From: Collodictyon triciliatum
Lineage: Eukaryota
Length of the DNA: 40,878 nt
Direction of reading: 5' to 3'
Assembly (NCBI GenBank): GCA_043381765.1
Contig: JBHJMP010000864.1
Span: 1 to 40,878, forward strand
Positions 1 through 22,820 of the stretch are shown here, piece after piece. The notes below the pieces were generated by a model. It was not told the DNA's origin. It worked only from the letters and a program-made list of their open reading frames with translations, and did not search any database. The stretch's first letter is position 1. The number at the start of each line of letters is the position of its first letter. The position numbers and the translations under genes are program-made.

Positions 1-416
1 TTTTTTGTTTTTTGTTTTTGTTTTGTTTTGTTTTGTTTTGTTTTGTTTGGTTTTATGTTTTTGATATTTGTTTTGTTTTGTTTGGTTTTGTTTGGTTTTG
101 TTTTGGTTTTGTTTTGGTTTGGTTTGGTTTGGTTTGGTTTGGTTTGGTTTGGTTTGGTTTGTTTTTATGTTATTTTGTTTTTTGTTTTTATGTTTTTGAT
201 ATTTGTTTTGTTTTGTTTTGTTTTGTTTTGTTTTGTTTTGGTTTTGGTTTTGTTTTGTTTTGTTTTGGTTTGGTTTGGTTTGTTTTTATGTTATGTTGTT
301 TTGTTTTTTTTTTGTTTTTATGTTTCTATGTTTCTATGTTTTTTTGTTTTTTGTTTTTTGTTTTTGTTTTTGTTTTTGTTTTTTGTTTTTGTTTTTGTTT
401 TTGTTTTTGTTTTTGT

Positions 417-448
<32 letters not shown>

Positions 449-488
449 GCTATTTTTGTTTTTGTTTTTGTTTTTTTGCATTTTTTTT
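1..488. repeat. Degenerate (TTTTG)n/(TTTGG)n simple repeat
   Basis: Directly visible T/G low-complexity tract. The Phe/Cys/Val-rich ORFs over it are artefacts. Confidence 0.95.
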
Positions 489-547
489 GTGAGCGCGTTT
501 CTAAGGTTTTCTCTCGGTTCCAAAAGGCAGCCGATAGAGTTGCACCG

Positions 548-3175
548 ATGGAAACACACAGAAGCGGTGATCCCGCCAAAGCAGAGGCGCCTGCAGAAAG
601 TGGCGACGCGGCTGATGAAGCAGGAAGATCAGAGAAAGTTGGGCGCGATGGAAGAAGCAGAAAACTCTATGAAGTTCAGAGTATCATTCAGCCCTCTCAA
701 AACCCCTTCGACTCAGTGACTCTGCGACCGATTGGCTTCATAGAGTCTGTCTTTCGAGAGAGGAATGCAACCCCAAGACAAGGCTTGTATTATCATGTTT
801 TGTTTGTGTTGGTATCTATATCATTACCTCTTTATCTTCTTTTATCGGCACCAACTTGTTTTCTGTTTTTTTTTATCTTCCCACAAAATGAAATTGTCTT
901 TTTCTTTTTTATGTTTGACTTCATTTTTATTTTGTACTTTTTAATAACCCCCTTACAAGAAGTAATATTTTACTGCAAATCCAAACATGCATGTAATGGA
1001 GTTTTAAAAAAAGGCTTTCGATTACATTTCCACTTCCTGAAAATGCATAGGCTGCGTTATCGAACTTTCTAGAGCCAGATTGAAGCTAAATCTCATCTCA
1101 GCTGATATGTCGCTTGAAGGACTTGATGGTGAGAAATATATATCATTGTGGTGGTTTTTTTTTAATATACCAGTTAAATTAAAATATCTTGCATTTTTTT
1201 TATACATTTACTCACTTTATATCTCTCTTCTTATCTTTATTATCTCTTTCTATTACACCTAGCTTTATTATATGATTAGTCTGACGTTAAGTAATGCCCT
1301 TTGTTGGAGTGTAATAGTATTGTCTGTATTTTATTGACAGAGTATTCGCATATTTGGCTCATCTTCTTGTTCCACCAAAACGCCGGTGGTGTCCACCATA
1401 AAAGCCCACGAGTATATATCCAATCACCTACATATCGAATATTGTACTGCCCTCATACAACTTTTTTGGTTCCCTTTATTTGATTCAAGGGAAGGGGGTT
1501 TATACCCTCATACAACTCTCACAGTTACAGTTACTTATGCTAAATTAAACTCTTGACTTTACTTTCATCTCATGTGGAATTGTAATAGGTTCATCCACCG
1601 AGATTAAATGGTGAAACAAAGGGTGTCTTTGCTACAAGATCACCACACCGTCCAAATTCAATCGGACTTAGGTTTTTCTTTTTACATTTTTTTTTTAATG
1701 TTTATCAGAAGGGATGTGCTCTTGAATATACAATACATATAGCAACTTTGAAGTACATTCAGACATGAAGCAGAAGGAAATTTAGAGGGCTTTGCACTCA
1801 TACACTTTTGAATAATTAATGCCCCTCATCGTCATATTTGATATCCCACCGGGGAAAAAATCACTATAAAGCATCGCAAAACTCGATCGAATCGAAAAGG
1901 ATACTGTGTATATGAGTGGTATCGATCTGGTATACGGCACACCTATTTTTGACATCAAGCCTTGTAAGTAAATCGAGAGAAATAGAAGAGAATATTTGAA
2001 AATATCATCACACCCTTCAAAAAAAAACTGCAAAATATCATCTGAAATTGAGTGTTTTTTTTTCTTTATCTTTCCATAATTCATTCAAGGACATGATTAA
2101 ATAGGACTTTGAGAAATTTACTGTAAAATAAAAATTAGATATCCCAGAGTTTGATGGGGCTCCTCCTGGGTGTCGTTCAGCTACCTGGATACAGGGTATG
2201 ACAGAAAAGCGAAGATAGAAAGAGAAAAGACTATAAAATATATACAACTACCAACTATTTAAAATAAGGCCTTTCTTTAATTATATTTATTTAGCATTTT
2301 CTTTTCTTGCATTCTTAAGACATTATCATATGAATAAATATATACATTTCATTCATGCTTTGAAAGGAACATCGGTTGTATGGCAAGAACAAGAGCAAAA
2401 TAAGCACGCAGCATATTTGCATGTTTTTTTTAATTCAGCCCGAAAGGCTATCAACCTCAAAGGGATTTAATACAGATGCTATACCTCCGAAGCTACCGAT
2501 TCGATTTTCTGAGGAAGCCGAAGCAAATATCAATGATTTGATAGAACGCAAGATTCCACAGTTTTACAACACTGTGGATGAAATCAGACGAGTTATAGTA
2601 CAGGTAAAGAAAAGACATTATTTCGCAGTAGTGTTTTCCACTTTTTCTTTGTCCATCTCTTCTCCACCTATTCATCTATTCATCTATCTATGTTGCTTTT
2701 TTATTTAAATTTTAATTTAACTGATTCGCATAGATTCTTGAGATCGAGCCACGAAGCATTCATGTAAAGTCAGTGCACGAAAAGGTTCATTGCATTCAAA
2801 TTGAATGATAAAAAGGCGTCCCACAATATTTATTTCATTTTTTAAAAGAAAAAAACAATCTAGAATAAAGGAGGGTATTACGGATTCTGCATCGATGTGC
2901 TGAATGTGGGTTGCTCTTATACGCCAGAAGGCATCGAGGTGAAACATTTGTATTTCATTTTAAAAAAATAAGCACAGATAATGATGCTATGGTCAAATGA
3001 AAGATAAATATATCTACTATCCGTATGATTTAGTGCAACTTTTTTCAACATTCACATTTTGCCCAAAAAATGATATTTTTTCTTTTCATTCTTCTAGATT
3101 ACCTTTGTTCGTGACTGGAGCTCAAATTATGACTTGACTGCACCACCTGGCTCAGTTTCCTCGTCCTCAAAATGA
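548..3175 (+). CDS. TRMO: tRNA (adenine-37-N6)-methyltransferase TRMO/TsaA (YaeB-like), about 10 exons
   Basis: Spliced exons read LRPIGFIESVFRERNATPRQG|CVIELSRARLKL..SLEGLDE|YSHIWLIFLFHQN..|VHPPRLNGETKGVFATRSPHRPNSIGLS|IAKLDRIEKDTVYMSGIDLVYGTPIFDIKPY|IPEFD..|ILEIEPRSIH..YGFCIDVLNV. These are hallmark TsaA/YaeB motifs. Stop TGA at 3173-3175. Start ATG 548 is tentative, since an upstream exon is possible. Confidence 0.93.
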
Positions 3176-3478
3176 GTTCGAATCATAAAACGGCTTTATT
3201 TTGTTTTCTTTACATACTATTGCTTTCTTGACATCACTCAGCACCATCGAAAACAATATACTTAAAATAATCTATAGAAGGGAATGAGCAAAATGAATCC
3301 GAGGAAAATAAGAAAAGGATATTTATCGTGTTACTTTTTTTTTTATTCGAATGTGAAAAGCCGTGCAAGACAGACCAAATAGTAAAAGGAAAGGAAAACG
3401 TGAGCTATTCTATATCACCGTTGAGTAAACCAGAACGTAAACTAGATTTCGAGGATACAATTGTGTGAGGCTTCATTG

Positions 3479-14719
<11,241 letters not shown>

Positions 14720-16012
14720 CGCCCTGCTCGAAAATACATTAAAAAAATAAATTAAAAACTAATTCAGAACAATTGATCACCAAGAGAAAAGAGGGAAAGA
14801 AAAAAATATCTACCCTTTCTGTTTTAGTTTTAAAGATTGGAAAGCAAAAGAAAAGACGGTTGGAGTAACAAGTAGAATCAGGTTGCGGTGGTTCTCGGTC
14901 TATTTTGTTTCTTTTCTTTTCTTTTTTTTTCGCTTGTTTTGTTTACTTGTTTGTTACTTCAGCGTCAAAGCGGCATTTGTTCACTTCAGTCAGCAAAAAA
15001 AAAAAAATACATAGGCTTCTTCATGATTGATCAATAAAGCTTCAATCAAGTCATCCCAACTCCAGTGCAGGTGTTCGCTCTTTGCCGACACGGTTCATCT
15101 ACTTTGTCTTCCAGCGCATCTGCTAAGCCTCTCAAACGCGCGCTTTGGAGCAACCTTTGTTGCTTCTTTGCACTTTTCCAGATATGAAATTCGTTGTCAG
15201 TATTTGGTATGTCCTAGTCGAGCGCTTGCCTTTGTATGTATTCCTTTCTTGGAATGTATGGCATTTCCCATTCGCCACGCTTCCTGTCAGCACACTACCC
15301 AGTTTTTGACTTCCGCAACGACAGGGTGGCATAAGGAGGATGAGAAACGAAATCCCGGCACTCGTGTGAGAAAGGCGCCCACTCCACAGCAATGTTTTGG
15401 CATCAAAGTGTCCATTCCTCATCTCGGCGATGTTTGGGATATTCAGAAAAATGGTTGTGGTGTGGAGGCTGGCTGGATAATATCCTCGCAACTCTAGTTT
15501 TCTTGTGGAGAGCGAGAGTCAGGAGAAGAAAAGAGGAAATGCCTTCTTGGATGGTTTGCATCGGAATATAATGGTTAAGGTAGAGAGAAAAATTATATAT
15601 CCTTGATTTTTGTGTTAGACAGGGATGTGTTATTTTTCATTCAAGCTCGGATGGGGTATGAGATGGAAGACGATAGAAGAAGAGTGTACAGGGAAGACTT
15701 GCGAAGAGTTTGCTATACGATTGATGGTTGGTTGGTGCTAGAACCAGAATATAATGTAAAGAAATTGGAGTTTTGAAGAGGGAGATATTTTTAAGCTGCC
15801 CAAAATATCCACTTGAAGCGAAGTCCAATGATGCGCTATATGCTTCTTTTTTCTTTTTTTTTTTTGACTGACAAGGTATCACCAGGCTGGCGGTGCTATG
15901 ATTGGTGAAGTAGTTGAATCGAGGCATAAGGATGCAGATGCTCGCGCAATTTTCAAGGCCCCAGGCGATGTGTTTGTGGAGACACGGTGTTCGTACAAAC
16001 CTATCCATTAAA

Positions 16013-19000
16013 TTACTGTGAGGGCGGCGCTTTCGTTGGGCTTTTTTCCTCGGGGTTGGCCGGCCCGAGTGCAGCAGGAGACACAATGGTCAACGGGATC
16101 TTTGGCGAAGCAGAGTTTTGTTGGGGCGGCGGATTCGGTGCGGGGCTAGAGGGCGGGTTGATTGCGGCTGCAACTGTCTCTTCCTCCAACTGCATTTTAG
16201 ATAATACAGAGGGTAAATCCTTTCATACGTTGCACAAACCGACATGACAGGATTACCCCTTCTTCGTTTTTTTTCTTTTTGGAAAGATATGCGGGAAAAA
16301 AAAAGGCGACATTTATAGAAAAATATTATCAAATAGACAATCATATTCAATGTCTTTTGGTTGCTGTCGTCGTTGTTGTTGTTTTTTTTTTGGGCGAATA
16401 CATTTCAGGCAGGTACCTTCATCCTCCAAAAGTCCAAATTTGCCGAAAGGTTTTGTAGGGAATCCAAGCCAGTCCCCATGGCTGTGTTCCAAAGTTCTGC
16501 TAATGGCTGAACGACAAAAGATATGAAGCCGATTTGTGACTTTGATGTCATCGGGATAGACCTGTCCATGAATGGACTGATGGGTAATCCTTTATCCTTT
16601 TCTCTATCTCCCTACAAGTTCAACCAATTTTAGTGCTGAGAGATAAATATAGAGCTTATAGATGTCTCTTTTTCAGGGTATGAATGAGAAAACACCAAAA
16701 AAAAAAATACATGATTCAAGCAGGAGTAGATAAAAATGGTTAGGAATCACATGTAAATTATATTCACCTGGCAGTAAAATTCCTGAGTTACTCTCCGAGT
16801 CCATTCAAGAGCGACATTTGGCGTTTTCGCTGGGTTAGAAACATCAGAAAGCTTCATGGCCATTTTCATCATCAGCAAGCGACTGTCATATGTTGTTCCA
16901 GTCAGATCTGCACGTTTTGACGATATATTGATTAATAATGACAAATGGAGGTGAAACTATAAATAACATTTGACATTATAGGGGCTACACACGGTATCTT
17001 ACCACCAACACTAATAGAGTTTTTTAGGGCGCTCATAATGTCGGCGTGGCGGGACATGTCCGTTGATAATACCAGCTCAATCATCAACTTACGGATTTTC
17101 TTGCGTCTTTTTTTTTTTTTTTTACAATAATTGCATTTTAAGAATGTGTTATAGAATATATAGATTTTTAAAATTCCCGGGATAATGTTTGTGATGTACA
17201 ACACGGGCAAGTTAATATGGATTCGTTAAGATTTTCCATATGTTTGATTAAGTTACGGCACGGTAATCCCATTGTAATGAAGAAAATAGAGCTTAGAGAC
17301 GAGCATAGATAATACCACATACACATCTTTAGGAATGTTTTTCAGTATGTTGTACTCGTCCTGAGAGAGCAGCTTAAAGGCCTCGGAAACATGGAAATTT
17401 TCCAGTATCTACAAGGAAAATATAGATAAATCAAATCAGTCTAATTCAGATACATCAACTCAGCATAGACTTGCTTTTTGGAGTTCAAGTTTCTAATATG
17501 AGAAGAAATCAAGGGGGGACATATGTTCAGAATAAAAAAATACTGAAATGTCGTTGAATGATATAGCAACAGGGTCGTCTGTAGCCATCAAGAAATTGTT
17601 ATTTACTCCTGGGTGTTTAAAATCGTGTACAATTGTTGCCAATATGCATGAAAAAACTTCGTATGGTTCCATGAACCTATGATAGGGTTTAAAGCATATG
17701 GATTGTTACGTTGGTGATACAGGGGTCGCGGAAGTAAGGATAATTTTTTTGTTTACGATGACACTAAGTTTCTTACTGCTCTAATCCACCGGCGCAGATT
17801 AAACTATTGTATGACTGGAGGACATCCCCTGCGTGAAGAGCGTTATGGTATGGGTTGTTCAGGTAGCCACTCTCAACCACCGTTAGAAAGTTTCGCAAGC
17901 ACTATTGAGGTTGATATTGATGTAAAGACAGAAGATACCACAATGTTGTGAATTGAGGAGTAGTTTTAAATTATAATTTAGAGTATTGGTGCTCCAAAAT
18001 ATTCTTACGTCTTCCGGGATATTATATTCGGTAATAAAGTCGTGCTTTTGAAAAAGGTGGTAAGATAGGAAGTACAGAGAATGTCCATCCGATAGTTTAT
18101 CGAATTCAAATATGTCAAAGTTCCAATTATCCAAAGTTTCCACAACTTCGACCAGGCGATCGCTTCTACATTGTGTGAAAGTAGGTTTTTTTTTTTTTTG
18201 AGTGGCATTAGTAAAAAAATCTCTATTACAATACATGACATGAATACTTTCACTTATTTATAAAGCGCGATAAATTGGCAAGAATTAGATGACATCTGGG
18301 AAGTCGCTAAGACGAGACAGTGCTGTATTCTTTTTTCTTTTTCTTGTTCTTTCCTTAAGCGTCAATACAGAGACGCGTTCTTACATTTTTTCGGGTGATA
18401 TCTTGAAGTAACTGGCGTTTTTAGCATTCAAAGCAGAAGAGTTTCTCTTATATCCTCTTGCTACATCGCTGCTCTGTCGGACAGACCCCGGTCTTCCAGA
18501 CCCTATGCCATCGCTAGGGCTGTCATCGGCATCTACACTACCTGAAAAGTTGTTTGTTTGTTTGTTTGTTTGTTTGTTTGTTTGTTTGTTTGTTTGTTTG
18601 TTTGTTTGTTTGTTTGTTTGTTTGTTTGTTTCAAAATAATCAAATAAACGCGAGATATCAACTGAATTAGATAGTGTTACAGAACTAAGAAAAAGATAGC
18701 AAACATGTTGCAGCCTCTTTAAATGCTTATGATTCTCCATTATGGTGTAACATTCACTCACTGACAACCAACGAGCCTGACTTTTTTGGTTCATCCCCAT
18801 TGTCTGCGTTCTGGACAAGCTGGTCGAGTACCCATTTTTGGGTTTCAGTATCCACATCTGTTTAAGTATATGGAATTCCCTGTTATTGATTGACTATGTA
18901 ACTTACAAAGCTTTCCACTTTGAACAATGGTAAATGGTGTGATAATTTCATTAGATTTAATTGGAGAGCATGGGGCATGTTCCATGTAGAGACAGTTGTT

Positions 19001-21364
19001 ACTTTCTGAGGGCTTGATGGCAGCATATGAAACATTGGACACATATAACTTGTTGCTCCCAATCAGTCGAATAATATGATGCAAATCTGACCTTTGCAGT
19101 TCGGACAACCCGGCTGGGATAATGAAATAATTCACGCAGCATGGTAAGGAAAAGAAGAAAGAGAATGAATGAGGGGGGATACGAAAAGAAAAAAAAGGGA
19201 AGAAATAGAGAAAGTTAATTAAATGGAGAAGAGGAAATTGTTTTCAAGCGATTGATGATGTTGTAGTTTTATTCGCCGTCATACAGATATCATAAACAAA
19301 CTTTTATGGTCTGCAAGGAGCCCGCGTAACATATGAATCACTTTCTCTGCAGGAGACCCCAACACCTGAGAGATTTTATTAATAATACGAAAAAGCAATT
19401 ATAGACTAAAAAATCATATGCTAGATTGTTTTTTTTAAAGAAGAAAAAACCTCTTCTGTTTGGAGATTTCTCAGTTCCCTTAATTCAGATTGCAATGTTC
19501 TGTTCGATTTAAATAAATTGATTGGCTTCGAATAAATTGGAACTTGAAAGAGACACTTGAAAAGAATACGGAGATGGTAAGGAAATATGAAAAGAAAACT
19601 TTGATGTGGCGATGCGTTCAAATAGGAGAAGAAAATGAAAGGACGCCATAAAGTTTGATGAAAGAAGTACGAAATAACATCATGAGTAACCTATTTTGCA
19701 TTTTGAGGTGAAAATTGATCTTTTCCAAGCTTTCCTTCTGCACTGACACCTGTTTTTTGTTTTGCCCTTTTATTTAAAATAATATTTCATCGTTCGATTT
19801 TGCAACAATCATCTCGGTAAAAGGAGGAAGAAAGGGGACAGATAGAAGAAAAAGCAAATCCTGAAAGAGCGTAAATCAGAAGGAGCGAGAATTAAAATAA
19901 AGTATCACATAAACTATTTTGATGAGAGAAAAAGGGGGATACAAAACCATGTCACAAATACTATGTTACTTTGGCAAAGAAAAAAGAAAAAAAAGCAGCG
20001 AGAGAGATATGTAAAGCTACGAACCCGATAAAATATAAACCGGACACTAATTGCAGACAGCAAAAGTTGAAAAATGACCGTGAATATTAAGAAGGCTATG
20101 TAATCATTTCCTTTCAAATCCAAATCATCACTTTTTACCACATCCTCAGTAATCAGCACATAGGCAATCCCTAGCCCAATCAAGTGAAGGGATGTAAACC
20201 ACTCTCCATACCTTTTCCAAGGCAAAAAAAAAAAAATAAAGATAGTAAGTAAACAGATGAATAAATTAATGAGCCACACAAACAAAGTGAGAAGGGGCAC
20301 CTCATTTCCCAGCATATTATGAATGGTTATGCCATCCTAGTAGATAGAAGCAAAATCAAGAATAGAATAGAATAGAATAGTGGGAAAGAAGAGCGCCAGC
20401 ACCTGCTGCTGAACATCGTGGTGAAGAGGACCGCCGGAGTCATCCAGACGCAGAGCGAAGGCGAGCCGAGGACTGTGCCGACAAAGAAGGTGGCGTCGAG
20501 GACAAGCTGCGTCGTGCACGTGAAGACAAAGTAGCTCTTGGAGGACCAGAAGGCCAGCAGCGACAGCAGCATCGCAAGCGCCCCGCACGCCCACACCAGC
20601 GCCGTTGTGTACGCGCCAACCAGCGCAAAGATCCCCACATACACGCACAGCGCCACAATCAGGATGTACGACGTGGCCACGGCCGCCCCGACCTGCACCG
20701 CGTGTTCCTTGCCGAGCGCCCCGTTCGGCCCGCCCGCAGACGCGCCTTCGGTGGGGAGCGAGCCGCCCGTGGACGGACCAGCCAGGAAGTGTGCCCCGTG
20801 CGCGGCAAACCGGTCGAACAGACGCGTGGCCAGACTGGACGCACCATGTCCATATCCGCCTGCGCCTCCGTTCCCGCTGCCGTACGTCGGCGTCGCATTC
20901 TCAGAGTCCGGGTACATCCCGGAGAGGACGCTGCGGCGCGGCCCGTTGCGGCTCGACACGTGGCTCAGCACAGACCCGCGGTGCGTCCCGGCCCCGTACG
21001 ACGACCCTTTGCGCGAGGCAACGCGCGGCCGCCCGTGCACCGTCAGCGACTGCCGGGATTCTGCCCGCCGCCCGCCCGCCTCTGCCTCGGCCTCTGCCGC
21101 GGCCTCTTCCCACGACGGCCGTGCATTCCCTGGCGCTCCCTGACTCGGATTCTGGCTTTGATTCGGATTATGGTTCTGATTCTGATTCTGACCGAAAAGG
21201 CGGCCCAGTCGGCTCGGTCCTCGCTCTGTGCTTGCGGATTTCGGCGAGGATGGGTGTGGTTGATCGCTTCGGCTCGCTCCAACTTCGTCCTCTTCTTTCA
21301 CTGTGTCTTCGTTCACGGAGGTTAGTCGTGAGCGGCCTCCAAAGGGGACAAGAAGGGTCGCCAT
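16013..21364 (-). CDS. Class I 3',5'-cyclic nucleotide phosphodiesterase with an N-terminal multi-pass (~6 TM) region and a coiled-coil linker, about 16 exons
   Basis: Catalytic motifs after splicing: NWNFDIF, NPYHNALHAGDV, IVHDFKHPGVNNNFL, ILENFH, LSTDM, KLSDVSN, EFYCQ|GDREK, SPFMDR, SQIGFI. Exon 1 (21364-20403) and exon 2 encode hydrophobic helices, followed by SLEKINFHLKMQN|RTLQSELRELR and LGSPAEKVIHMLRGL. Stop TAA at 16015-16013. Confidence 0.93.
18550..18631. repeat. (TTTG)n microsatellite in a PDE intron
   Basis: Perfect array; reads (CAAA)n on the sense strand just upstream of the acceptor. Confidence 0.95.
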
Positions 21365-21457
21365 TTGGGTTCTGGGATGTGCTTGCTTGTCTTTTTCTCT
21401 CTGGATAAAGGAGTATATGTGTGGGGATGGGTGTGTTGTTGGACAAAGTTTTACTGG

Positions 21458-21745
21458 TTTTTTTCTTTTTTCTTTTTTTGTTTTCCTTTCTCTTTTCTTT
21501 TTTTTCTTTTTCTTTTTTTCTTTTTCTTTTTTTCTTTTTCTTTTTTTCTTTTTCTTTTTTTCTTTTTTTCTTTTTTTCTTTTTTTCTTTTTTTTCTTTTT
21601 TTCTTTTTTTCTTTTTCTTTTTTTCTTTTTCTTTTTTTCTTTTTCTTTTTTTTCTTTTTTTCTTTTTTTTCTTTTTTTTTTTTTTTTCTTTTTTCTTTTT
21701 TTCTTTTTTCTTTTTTTCTTTTTTCTTTTTTTCTTTTTTTCTTTT
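21458..21745. repeat. Polypyrimidine (T/C) low-complexity tract upstream of PDE, running into an assembly gap
   Basis: Almost only T and C on the + strand. Confidence 0.95.
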
Positions 21746-22033
21746 NNNNNNNNNNNNNNNNNNNNNNNNNNNNNNNNNNNNNNNNNNNNNNNNNNNNNNN
21801 NNNNNNNNNNNNNNNNNNNNNNNNNNNNNNNNNNNNNNNNNNNNNNNNNNNNNNNNNNNNNNNNNNNNNNNNNNNNNNNNNNNNNNNNNNNNNNNNNNNN
21901 NNNNNNNNNNNNNNNNNNNNNNNNNNNNNNNNNNNNNNNNNNNNNNNNNNNNNNNNNNNNNNNNNNNNNNNNNNNNNNNNNNNNNNNNNNNNNNNNNNNN
22001 NNNNNNNNNNNNNNNNNNNNNNNNNNNNNNNNN
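21746..22033. other. Assembly gap (N run)
   Basis: Run of n characters. Confidence 1.
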
Positions 22034-22034
22034 T

Positions 22035-22132
<98 letters not shown>

Positions 22133-22133
22133 C
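22034..22133. repeat. (TTTCAC)n hexanucleotide tandem repeat
   Basis: About 16 perfect copies adjoining the gap. Confidence 0.95.
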
Positions 22134-22820
22134 ATTCAGCAGAGCCTGCTTGTAGCGATACCTTTTTCTTAGGGGTTTTCTGGTGTCCGGCCGAAAAGGT
22201 TGTGACTGACATAGCAGCCGCAAAGTTGGATAGCGCCGTTTAGCGCCCCGGTTCGCACCGGCGGTTTTTTTTGTAGGCACTGTAACGAACGGAAATTCCG
22301 AAAAAGGATAGTGCCTCAGTATTGTACTTATGTGGACACAACGGTAATCAGCAGAAAACTCCTGCCCAAAAAAGGTCAATTTCAGAGAAACCTTCCAGGC
22401 AGGCAGTAGTAATTTTTGCAGTATAGTCGCAAATGGAAGCTGGACAATTTCGAAGTCCAGTTATGGGCAAAGAAAATATTTACAGTATACAAATGTAATT
22501 TCATTCTGTAATACAGGTATAAAATGAATATTAACTCTTAATAATTATTATAAAGTGTATATAATTTATTTTCCACAAATATGCATACAAATAAGTCATC
22601 TTCAACGGGTTCGAGAGGTTCAGGTCGTTGGTTGGCAGCATGATTCCACCCGCCGCAGGGTTTTCGTGACACACCCGAACGCGCAGACTTCATCAACGGG
22701 AAGAGGGCCGAATAATAAATCCAGGTTCTCTCTTATCCTAAGGTAAGGTCTCCACTCGATTTATTCGGCGCAGGTTCGTCACCGAGAAGCAGGGCGTTGG
22801 TTTTAGATCCGGAGCGATGA

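Noticed and set aside
12-492. Long Phe/Cys/Val/Leu-rich or Lys-rich ORFs here and at 3649-4005, 21303-22243, 28171-28584 and 34902-36139
   Set aside because: They are translations of simple repeats and N gaps, not genes.
20025-20680. Rhodopsin-phosphodiesterase (light-gated PDE)
   Set aside because: About 6 helices rather than 7-8, and the last helix has no retinal-binding Lys or DxxxK motif.
20538-21408. Several overlapping long ORFs on both strands
   Set aside because: Shadow ORFs of the GC-rich PDE exon 1.
22034-22133. (TTTCAC)n as a telomeric or CRISPR repeat
   Set aside because: No spacers, internal position, and no G-run typical of telomere units. It is an ordinary microsatellite.
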